DNA from: Armatimonadota bacterium
GTDB lineage: Bacteria > Armatimonadota > UBA5829 > DTLH01
Assembly (NCBI GenBank): GCA_039680575.1
Contig: JBDKSP010000030.1
Location: forward strand, 1 to 13,186
DNA length: 13,186 nucleotides
Direction of reading: 5' to 3'
Part shown: one piece after another, positions 1 to 6,535 of the stretch
How positions within the stretch are numbered: position 1 is the first letter of the stretch
Layout of the letters: the number at the start of each line of letters is the position of its first letter
The notes under the pieces: generated by a model
Databases searched by the model: none
Seen by the model: the letters and a program-made list of their open reading frames with translations, nothing else
Told to the model about the DNA's origin: nothing
Made by a program: the position numbers and the translations under genes

Positions 1-127
1 CATGCTGAGCTTGACTCAGCATCCAGGAAAAGAATGGACCCTGAATCTATGGATTTTCGGCTATAGCCGAAAATCTTCCGGGGAGAGTTTCAGGTAATAC
101 CTGAAACTCCTTAGTTCAGGGTGACGT
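1..127 (+). repeat. REP-like palindromic repeat, filled form (carries TA-bounded insert at 48-113); truncated at window start
   Basis: Hairpin ATGCTGAG-cttga-CTCAGCAT, then ccaggaaaagaatgg, then a CCCTGAA...TTCAGGG stem and a TGACGT end. Exact reverse complement of 13060-13186 and near-identical to 5358-5489. Confidence 0.9.
48..113 (+). mobile_element. Short MITE-like element (TA + 62 bp + TA) with both internal loops collapsed
   Basis: Absent from the REP copy at 1064-1130 and bounded by TA on both sides. Imperfect terminal IRs TAtGGAtTTTCgG / TAaGGAgTTTCaG. Two internal hairpins: GATTTTCGGCTA/TAGCCGAAAATC and GAGTTTCAGGT/ACCTGAAACTC. Confidence 0.7.
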
Positions 128-190
128 ATTTGTTGTTCAGGATGACGTCTTTGCTGTTCAGAGTGACGTTTTAGTCATTCAGAGTGACGT
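114..190 (+). repeat. Tandem array of 4 units with 21-bp period, core RTTCAGRRTGACGT
   Basis: Cores at 114-127, 135-148, 156-169 and 177-190, separated by variable 7-nt spacers. Confidence 0.85.
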
Positions 191-249
191 ATGAGAGAGC
201 TGTTACAAACGATTTTGCGTTTCGGTATCGCAGTTCGGGGCTTGGATGT

Positions 250-966
250 TCAGCCCCGCCCGCCCTGCAATTGCACCTTGCATTTTTGGAGCGCTTCTAG
301 AGCGGCGGCCTGCTCGGCCTGCTTCTTGCTCTTTCCTGATCCGGTACCCAGGCAATCGCTTTCGAGTCTTGCCTCCACAACGAACGTCTTATCGTGGTCG
401 GCGCCCTCTTCACGGATAACTACATACTTGGGCGCTTTCTTATGGCTGGCCTGCGTCAATTCCTGTAAGAGCGATTTGTAGTCTCTGATGTGTTCCTGCC
501 GCTCGATATCGGACAAGATCGATTCCAGCGCTCTCAGGCAAAACTTACGAGCTGCATCTATTCCGACATCCAGGTACATTGCCGCCACGAGCGCCTCGAA
601 GGTATCGGCCAGGATCGAAAGCCTGTTCCTGCCGCCGGAGGCTTCCTCTCCTGTGCTCATGAGGATCATCATGTCGATCCCAAGCTGTTTAGCCGCGTCC
701 GCCAGCACCGGCTCACTCACCGCTACAGCTTTGGCTTTCGCGAGCTCGCCCTCGCTGCGGTCGGCATAGCTCAGGAAAAGGTACTCACAGATAACTAATC
801 CCAGCACTGCATCGCCCAAGAACTCCAGCCGCTCGTTACTCTCCATTTCGGCGGCTTCGCTGAGATACGATCTATGTGTCAGCGCCTGCTGCAGCAGGCC
901 AAGGTCGTTAAAATCGACCTGCAGCCTTCTGGCTATACCGCGCAGCCGTCTTTTATCTACTGCCAT
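250..966 (-). CDS. rnc: Ribonuclease III
   Basis: ALTHRSY, RNase III signature NERLEFLGDAVL, ADTFEAL, and a C-terminal dsRBD (DYKSLLQE...GSGKSKKQAEQAAA); 238 aa. Confidence 0.97.
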   Translation of the reverse strand: MAVDKRRLRGIARRLQVDFNDLGLLQQALTHRSYLSEAAEMESNERLEFLGDAVLGLVICEYLFLSYADRSEGELAKAKAVAVSEPVLADAAKQLGIDMMILMSTGEEASGGRNRLSILADTFEALVAAMYLDVGIDAARKFCLRALESILSDIERQEHIRDYKSLLQELTQASHKKAPKYVVIREEGADHDKTFVVEARLESDCLGTGSGKSKKQAEQAAALEALQKCKVQLQGGRG

Positions 967-980
967 AGACTTGAATCAAA

Positions 981-1016
981 GGAGTCGAGTGAATCGAGAG
1001 ACTCTCGACTCGCTCC
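981..1016 (-). other. Stem-loop in the rnc leader
   Basis: GGAGtCGAG...TCGAGA-gac-TCTCGA-CTCG-CTCC folds into a bulged hairpin ending 14 nt before the rnc ATG. Confidence 0.5.
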
Positions 1017-1063
1017 ACTCCCTTTTCCTCCCGTGTAATGGAAAAGAAAAGCTATCAGCAAAG

Positions 1064-1130
1064 ACGTCACCTTGAACTTGATTCAGGGTCCATTCTTTTC
1101 CTGGATTCCGAGTCAAGCTCGGAATGACGT
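1064..1130 (-). repeat. REP-like palindromic repeat, empty 67-bp form
   Basis: Minus strand reads ACGTCATTCCGAGCTTGACTCGGAATCCAGGAAAAGAATGGACCCTGAATCAAGTTCAAGGTGACGT. It matches 5358-5489 without the 64-bp insert, apart from a few small differences. Confidence 0.9.
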
Positions 1131-1236
1131 ATGCTTCGGGATTCTTTTCATCCACCCCGTGGACCAACTGGGCCCCAGGGGCAGTAACCGTGGACCTACC
1201 GGACCACGGCGAGAAGCACAATTCTCCACCAATCTC
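1130..1236. repeat. Degenerate TGCTTCGGGA...GAAGCAC hairpin-family copy with an expanded loop
   Basis: Starts TATGCTTCGGGA and ends GAAGCAC followed by TCCACCAATC, as at 5511-5557. The loop holds CCGTGGACC twice and a CCGTGG/CCACGG stem. Confidence 0.55.
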
Positions 1237-1261
1237 TTCCCTGATTTATATTTTCAAAATC

Positions 1262-2455
1262 CTACTTTAGTTTAGCTACGGCTTTCTCTATCCGGTCGAG
1301 CCCCTTCACGATCGCTTCCATGCTCGTCGCGTAGGAAAGCCGCATATAATTGGGCGCTCCAAAGCCGGTCCCGGGGACCAGGGCTACCTTTGCTTCTTCC
1401 AGGAGATATTCCGTCAGACTCTCAGCGCCCGTAATCGTTCCACCGTCCCAGGTCTTCCCGAACAGGCCGGTCACATTAGGAAATACGTAAAAAGCTCCGC
1501 CAGGAGTTGCGCATCCGATGCCCGGAATACTGCACAGCCGCCCGACTATCACTTTTCGCCGTTTGTCGAACTCGGCTACCATCTTACGAAGGGCATCTTG
1601 TGGTCCCTTAAGCGCTTCGACAGCGGCTTTCTGGACAAAGGAGACCGCGTTCGACGTGCTGTGGTCCTGAATTCGGGTCATAGCGCGTATAATCTCCTCA
1701 TCTGCAGCTGCGTAACCGATCCGCCACCCAGTCATAGCGTGGCTCTTGGAGAGACCGTTTACCGTGACGGTCAATTTTTTGATTTCAGCGCCAAGCGAAG
1801 CTATGGAGACATGCTCCCGTCCATCGTATATGATCTTTTCATATATTTCATCGGAGAGCACGTAAATATTCTTCGCAACCGCAAGATCGGCTATATCCTG
1901 CAGCTCGCTTCGGCTGTAGACACCGCCCGTGGGGTTGCTCGGGCTGTTCAGGATGAGCATCCTGGTATTGGGGGTTATGGCTTGCTCGATCATTTCCGCC
2001 GTGGCGACGAACCCGTTCACTTCGTTCGTAACCAGATGCACCGGAGTCCCCTCCGCAAGCCTTACCTGGTCCGGATAACTCACCCAATAGGGAGTCGGGA
2101 CTATTACCTCGTCTCCCGGATTTACAAGCGCGAGCATCGCGTTATATATCGAATGCTTCGCGCCGTTTGAAACGATTATCTGCGACTTCAGGTAGTGCAG
2201 GTTATTGTCCGCAGCCAGTTTGTTTACTATCGCTGACTTGAGAGCGTCTATCCCTGACGATGCCGTATACCTGGTAAAGCCGGACTTAATCGCTGCTATA
2301 GCTGCATCTTTAATGTTCTCAGGTGTACCGAAATCCGGTTCACCTGCGCCAAAAGAGATAACATCGATCCCTTCGGCCTTCATTTTATTGGCCTTAGCCG
2401 TAATGGCGAGAGTCGGAGACGGTTTCACGCTTCTCGCCCGATCAGATATCAACAT
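1262..2455 (-). CDS. aspC: PLP-dependent class I aminotransferase (aspartate aminotransferase-like)
   Basis: GAGEPDF, NSPSNPTG, SDEIY and the PLP-lysine motif NGLSKSHAMTGWRIG. Start placed at ATG 2455 (MLISDRA..., 397 aa); the upstream ORF extension runs through repeat DNA. Substrate assignment is by family resemblance. Confidence 0.88.
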   Translation of the reverse strand: MLISDRARSVKPSPTLAITAKANKMKAEGIDVISFGAGEPDFGTPENIKDAAIAAIKSGFTRYTASSGIDALKSAIVNKLAADNNLHYLKSQIIVSNGAKHSIYNAMLALVNPGDEVIVPTPYWVSYPDQVRLAEGTPVHLVTNEVNGFVATAEMIEQAITPNTRMLILNSPSNPTGGVYSRSELQDIADLAVAKNIYVLSDEIYEKIIYDGREHVSIASLGAEIKKLTVTVNGLSKSHAMTGWRIGYAAADEEIIRAMTRIQDHSTSNAVSFVQKAAVEALKGPQDALRKMVAEFDKRRKVIVGRLCSIPGIGCATPGGAFYVFPNVTGLFGKTWDGGTITGAESLTEYLLEEAKVALVPGTGFGAPNYMRLSYATSMEAIVKGLDRIEKAVAKLK

Positions 2456-2475
2456 TACAAAGCCCCGTTGCTTTC

Positions 2476-2634
2476 TATAGATTTTCGGCTGTTCTCCTAA
2501 AACCAATCGTACAACACTATTGCCAAAAATCTTCTGGGAGAGTTTCAGGTGTAAGCAGGAATCAACAGATGCAGCAGCACAGGGAACAGGTTTATTCCCC
2601 ATAAGACTGCTGCATCATCACCCGAAATTCTTTA
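2476..2634 (+). mobile_element. Long (159 bp) form of the TA-bounded MITE-like element
   Basis: TA-tagATTTTCGGC[loop1]GCCAAAAATC-ttctgg-GAGAGTTTCAGGTG[loop2]CACCCGAAATTCtt-TA. Loop2 has a perfect 10-bp stem, GATGCAGCAG (2568-2577) / CTGCTGCATC (2607-2616). Arms match 48-113. Confidence 0.7.
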
Positions 2635-2707
2635 TAGATTTCGGTTGCTCTTTAACAACTAATTATATATTGGTTATTACCGATACTCTTCTGGAGAGTC
2701 TCAGATA
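2633..2707 (+). mobile_element. Degenerate, truncated tandem copy of the MITE-like element
   Basis: TAtagatttcggttgctctttaacaactaattatatattggtta...ctcttctggagagtctcagata aligns with the copies at 3971-4096 and 2476-2634, and shares its left TA with the preceding copy. Confidence 0.6.
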
Positions 2708-2713
2708 TTGATT

Positions 2714-3955
2714 TTAAGGTGCTTTCTTTATTACTATGGTCGCATTGTGCCCGCCGAAACCGAAGGAATTGGATATAGCAATCTTCAGATCGGCTTTTCT
2801 CGCCACATTCGGTACGTAATCGAGGTCACAGTTGGGATCAGGGAACTCGTAGTTAATTGTAGGCGGGATAACGCCTTCTTTGAGCGCCTGAGCACAGGCA
2901 ACTGCTTCGATGGCTCCGGCTGCGCCGAGGAGATGTCCCGTCATCGACTTAGTCGAGCTGACAGGCACCTTGTAGGCATAGTCTCCGAAGACTTTCTTTA
3001 TCGCCATCGTTTCATACTTATCGTTCATCTCAGTCGATGTGCCGTGGGCGTTGATGTAACTTACATCTTCCGGTTTTATCCTCGCGTCATCAAGTGCAGC
3101 CTGTATGCAGCGGGCAGCGCCTTCTCCGTCGGGTGCAGGGGAGGTCATATGGTACGCATCGCCGGTCATTCCGTAGCCGATTATCTCGGCATGGATCTTC
3201 GCGCCGCGAGCCATAGCGTGCTCCAATTCTTCGATTACCAGAATACCGGCACCTTCACCAATCAGGAACCCGTCCCGCTCCTTATCGAATGGGCGGCTGG
3301 CCCTTTCCGGTTCATCGTTTCTGGTGGTGAACGCCTGGGCGTTGCAGAACCCGGCGCAGGAAAGCGGGCAGATTGCGGCTTCCGCGCCTCCGGTGATCAT
3401 CGCATCGGCATCGCCGCGCTTGATGATCTCGTAAGCATCACCTACTGCGTTGGTCCCTGTGGTACAAGCCGTGACTACAGTCTCGTTGGGTCCCTTAGCC
3501 CCGAACATGATCGATATCTGTCCCGAGCCCATATTAGCGATGAGCATAGGGACGAAAAACGGGCTCACCCGGTTCGGCCCTTTTTCCAGGAGGACTCTAT
3601 GCTGCGCCTCCCAGGTATGGACACCGCCGATTCCTGAACCGACCACAACTCCAACTCGTGCCGCATTCTCCGGCGTGATCGTAAGCCCACTGTCTTCTAC
3701 CGCCATTTTGGCGGCTGAAACCGCATACTGGACGAACGGGTCCATCCGCCGGGCATCTCTTGGATCGATATAATTGCTGACATCGTACCCTTTCAGCTCT
3801 GCGGCTATCTTGCTTGAATGGTTGGATGTATCAAATCGAGTGATAGTACCCGCGCCGCTCTTGCCGGCAACGAGAGATGCCCAAAAATCCTCGACAGTGA
3901 GTCCGACAGGCGTAAGTACACCCATGCCGGTAATGACAACTCTTCTTTCTTGCAT
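2714..3955 (-). CDS. fabF: 3-oxoacyl-ACP synthase II
   Basis: RRVVITGMG, catalytic [36 protein letters not shown] 3955 has an upstream GAGG (413 aa). Confidence 0.96.
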   Translation of the reverse strand: MQERRVVITGMGVLTPVGLTVEDFWASLVAGKSGAGTITRFDTSNHSSKIAAELKGYDVSNYIDPRDARRMDPFVQYAVSAAKMAVEDSGLTITPENAARVGVVVGSGIGGVHTWEAQHRVLLEKGPNRVSPFFVPMLIANMGSGQISIMFGAKGPNETVVTACTTGTNAVGDAYEIIKRGDADAMITGGAEAAICPLSCAGFCNAQAFTTRNDEPERASRPFDKERDGFLIGEGAGILVIEELEHAMARGAKIHAEIIGYGMTGDAYHMTSPAPDGEGAARCIQAALDDARIKPEDVSYINAHGTSTEMNDKYETMAIKKVFGDYAYKVPVSSTKSMTGHLLGAAGAIEAVACAQALKEGVIPPTINYEFPDPNCDLDYVPNVARKADLKIAISNSFGFGGHNATIVIKKAP

Positions 3956-3970
3956 CACGACCTCTATTAC

Positions 3971-4096
3971 TAGGGATTTTCGGCTGTTCAATTAACAACC
4001 AATTGTATACCGGCCAAACTGGGCTTATCCGCTTCGCGGATGAGCCTTAGCCGAAAATCTTCCGGGAGAGTTTCAGATAATACCTGAAACTCATTA
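3971..4096 (+). mobile_element. MITE-like element with loop1 retained plus extra hairpin cargo and loop2 collapsed
   Basis: c-TA-gGGATTTTCGGC[tgttcaattaacaaccaattgtatac...hairpin 4022-4046]TAGCCGAAAATCTTCCGGGAGAGTTTCAGATAATACCTGAAACTCat-TA-g. Confidence 0.75.
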
Positions 4097-4107
4097 GGGA
4101 TTAATAC

Positions 4108-4181
4108 CGGGAAAAAGGAACAGTCAACGGCCCGCAGGCGAAATCCGCCTGCTTTGCATGTTTTCTGTTCCCTGTCCCCCG
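4108..4181 (-). terminator. Nested stem-loop downstream of acpP, possible terminator or stabiliser
   Basis: Outer GGAACAG/CTGTTCC (4117-4123 / 4165-4171) and inner GCAGGCG/CGCCTGC (4134-4152). On the minus strand the outer stem is followed by TTTTT. Confidence 0.4.
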
Positions 4182-4199
4182 CTATAGATTAAGCGATTA

Positions 4200-4433
4200 T
4201 TAGCCGAGCTTCTGATCCACATATGTCACGGCCTGCGTGACCGTCTGGATCTTCTCTGCGTCCTCATCAGGAATCTCGACATCAAACTCCTCTTCGAGTC
4301 CCATGACCAGGTCTACTACGTCGAGGGAGTCGGCTCCGAGGTCATCGACGAACGATGCGGTCTCGGTTACTTCATCATCGCTAACCTTCAATCGGTCTAC
4401 TACGACCTTCTTTACTCGCTCAAATGTTGACAT
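4200..4433 (-). CDS. acpP: Acyl carrier protein
   Basis: DLGADSLD phosphopantetheine-serine motif and acidic 77-aa protein. Strong SD AAGGAGGT before ATG 4433. Confidence 0.97.
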   Translation of the reverse strand: MSTFERVKKVVVDRLKVSDDEVTETASFVDDLGADSLDVVDLVMGLEEEFDVEIPDEDAEKIQTVTQAVTYVDQKLG

Positions 4434-4536
4434 ATTTCCACCTCCTTGCAAATACGGTTCCTGTTGTTACAGTTATTTATCAGTGCTCTTGGGCACTCTA
4501 TCGTCGCTGACATTCGATCAGTCAACAACAAATTAA

Positions 4537-5286
4537 TTACATCACCATTCCGCCGTCTACGTTTATGACCTGGCCGGTCAGGTAGCTCGCAGCTTCGGAG
4601 CAGAGGAACATTATGACCTTCGCCACGTCGTCAGGAGTCCCCAGGCGCGTGAGCGGAATCTGTTTTTCGATGGACTTCTTGGCCTGTTCGGGCATCTCCT
4701 CGGTCATTACCGTCTGGATGAACCCCGGCGCTACGGCGTTCACATTTATCCCGCGCGAACCGAACTCTTTTGCAGTTGTCTTGGTAAGCGCGATAACCCC
4801 GCCCTTCGAAGCGGAATAATTCGCCTGTCCGGCGTTCCCGATTATCCCCATGACGGAGGCTACATTCACGATCTTTCCGCTTCGCTGTCTGAACATCAAT
4901 TTAGATACGGCTTTCGTGCAGTTAAACGTGCCCTTAAGGTTCGTATCCAGCACGGAATCCCACTCTGCCTCGGTCATCCTCAGGATCAGGTTGTCCCGTG
5001 TGATGCCTGCATTGTTCACGAGTATATCAATTTTCCCGAACTTGTCAACTGCTGAGCTCACCATACGCTCTACGTCAGCCGGATCGGCCACATTCGCCTG
5101 CACCGCCAGCGCTTCCCCGCCGATTGATTTGATCTCGTTCGCCAGCGCCGTGGCGTTCTCCTCGACGTAGTCCGTTATAACTATCTTCGCGCCAGCTTTG
5201 ACGAGCTCAAGGCAGATCGATCTTCCTATACCCTTGCCGTTTCTGCCTGCGCCGGTAACTAGCGCTACTTTTCCTTCCAGTTCCAC
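4537..5286 (-). CDS. fabG: 3-oxoacyl-ACP reductase
   Basis: SDR motifs TG...GIG, VNNAGITRD, NYSASK, VAPGFI, VDGG. GTG start with GGAGG SD; fab-cluster context. Confidence 0.95.
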   Translation of the reverse strand: MELEGKVALVTGAGRNGKGIGRSICLELVKAGAKIVITDYVEENATALANEIKSIGGEALAVQANVADPADVERMVSSAVDKFGKIDILVNNAGITRDNLILRMTEAEWDSVLDTNLKGTFNCTKAVSKLMFRQRSGKIVNVASVMGIIGNAGQANYSASKGGVIALTKTTAKEFGSRGINVNAVAPGFIQTVMTEEMPEQAKKSIEKQIPLTRLGTPDDVAKVIMFLCSEAASYLTGQVINVDGGMVM

Positions 5287-5357
5287 TAAAAACCTCCACT
5301 ATGGATTCTTAACCACGAAAGCACGAAACCAGAAAACACGAAATAGGGAATAGGAAT

Positions 5358-5489
5358 ACGTCATTCCGAGCTTGACTCGGAATCCAGGAAAAAGGATGGA
5401 CCCTGAATCTATGGATTTTCGGCTATATCCGAAAATCTTCCGGGGAGAGTTTCAGGTAATACCTGAAACTCCTTAGTTCAGGGTGACGT
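5358..5489 (+). repeat. REP-like repeat, filled form (complete), with MITE-like insert at 5410-5475
   Basis: ACGTCA...TGACGT ends. Equals the empty copy plus TA-62bp-TA; the insert differs from 50-111 by one base (ctatatcc vs ctatagcc). Confidence 0.9.
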
Positions 5490-5512
5490 GCTATATTTCT
5501 TTTTCCTTCCTA

Positions 5513-5543
5513 TGCTTCGGGACCGCATTTCGTCCCGAAGCAC
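5513..5543. repeat. TGCTTCGGGAC-N8-GTCCCGAAGCA hairpin repeat
   Basis: Perfect 11-bp stem with an 8-nt loop; related copies at 8966 and 11832. Confidence 0.8.
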
Positions 5544-5602
5544 GGCATCCACCAATCCCTTTTCTTACTTTCTCCCTTTCGTGTTTTCGTGAGAAATAAC
5601 CG

Positions 5603-6535
5603 TCAGCCTAGAAGCGCGTCCAGCGACTTCGTGTCGACTACACTCGCTACAAATACGCCTTTCACAATCCTGTTGATGAGCCCGGCGAGCACTGTTCCCG
5701 AACCGGCCTCTATAAACCCTTCTATACCGTCACCGGAAAGTCTCTGGATCGACTCTTCCCAGCGCACACTGCCCACTATCTGGCTTGCAAGCGCGGAGCG
5801 GACCTCGTCAGCCGTTCTGACATAGTCAGCCGTAACGTTGGCGACCACAGGGACTACCGGATCTTTGATCTCTGCCTTATCGAGTTCCGACTTCATCGCT
5901 TCAGCGGCCTTGACCATAAGCCTGGAGTGGAACGCGCCGCTCACTTTGAGCGGAAGCACACGCTTTGCACCGAGTTCCTTCGCAATTCTTCCGGCTTCTT
6001 CAATCGCCGCCGGTCCGCCGGAGATCACGACCTGTCCGGGCGAGTTATAATTGGCTACATCGACCGCTCCCGCGGACTGAGCCTTCTCTACCGCCGACCG
6101 GACGGCCTCTGCAGAAAGCCCGAGTATGGCAGCCATCATCCCGGGTTGGGATGATGCAGCTTCGTTCATGAGCTCCCCACGTCTCCTGACGAGCCGGACA
6201 GCATCAGCAAGTTCTATGGAACCTGCGGCGACCAGTGCCGCATACTCGCCTACACTGTGCCCGGCTACTGCGGCAGGGCGCACCCCGCGAGATTCCAGCA
6301 CGCGAAACGCGGCAGCGCTTGCGACAAGCAGCGCCGGTTGGGTGTTTATCGTTCGAGTCAATTCGCCTTCAGGACCTTCGAACATAAGCCTGGAAAGCTC
6401 GAAGCCAAGGACGGAATCGGCGACATCGAAAGCCTCTCTCGCTATCGGAAAAGATTCGTAGAGGTCTCGACCCATGCCGACCGATTGTGATCCCTGCCCT
6501 GGGAAGACGAATGCGGTCTTAGTCGGTAGAGTCAT
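5603..6535 (-). CDS. fabD: Malonyl-CoA:ACP transacylase
   Basis: FVFPGQGSQ, NTQPAL, catalytic GHSVGEY, VSGAFHS. Start placed at ATG 6535 (310 aa), overlapping the fabH end by 17 nt. Confidence 0.95.
   Translation of the reverse strand: MTLPTKTAFVFPGQGSQSVGMGRDLYESFPIAREAFDVADSVLGFELSRLMFEGPEGELTRTINTQPALLVASAAAFRVLESRGVRPAAVAGHSVGEYAALVAAGSIELADAVRLVRRRGELMNEAASSQPGMMAAILGLSAEAVRSAVEKAQSAGAVDVANYNSPGQVVISGGPAAIEEAGRIAKELGAKRVLPLKVSGAFHSRLMVKAAEAMKSELDKAEIKDPVVPVVANVTADYVRTADEVRSALASQIVGSVRWEESIQRLSGDGIEGFIEAGSGTVLAGLINRIVKGVFVASVVDTKSLDALLG

Larger units (their letters stand above)
5311..5591. repeat. CACGAAA-type inverted repeat enclosing the fabD-fabG intergenic composite
   Basis: Left arm AACCACGAAAGCACGAAAccaGAAAACACGAAAtAGGGA (5311-5349); right arm TCCCTTTCGTGTTTTCGTG (5573-5591). 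Confidence 0.7.

Noticed and set aside
48..113. Hammerhead ribozyme or integron attC site
   Set aside because: There is no CUGANGA core, no RYYYAAC/GTTRRRY box arrangement and no cassette-like genes.
114..190. CRISPR mini-array
   Set aside because: 14-nt degenerate cores with 7-nt spacers are far too short, and there are no cas genes.
976..1275. Small ORFs 976-1221 (-) and 1072-1275 (+)
   Set aside because: They are translations of the REP and hairpin repeats (VIPSLTRNP...WTLNQVQGD) with no RBS or recognisable domain.
2456..2602. N-terminal extension of the aminotransferase ORF
   Set aside because: It reads through the MITE-like element; family-like sequence begins at MLISDR (2455).
2476..2710. 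Tandem glycine riboswitch (CTGGAGAG-like motifs next to an aminotransferase)
   Set aside because: The motifs are antisense to the genes, the CCGAAG and CTCTCAGG cores are not correctly arranged, and the sequence recurs at unrelated sites.
2708..3637. 309-aa plus-strand ORF and other long plus-strand ORFs (e.g. 8102-8803, 1598-2170)
   Set aside because: Antisense shadows of well-supported genes, with no motifs of their own.
4434..4536. Internal sigma70 promoter for acpP
   Set aside because: TTGACT is present on the minus strand, but there is no acceptable -10 box at 16-18 nt.
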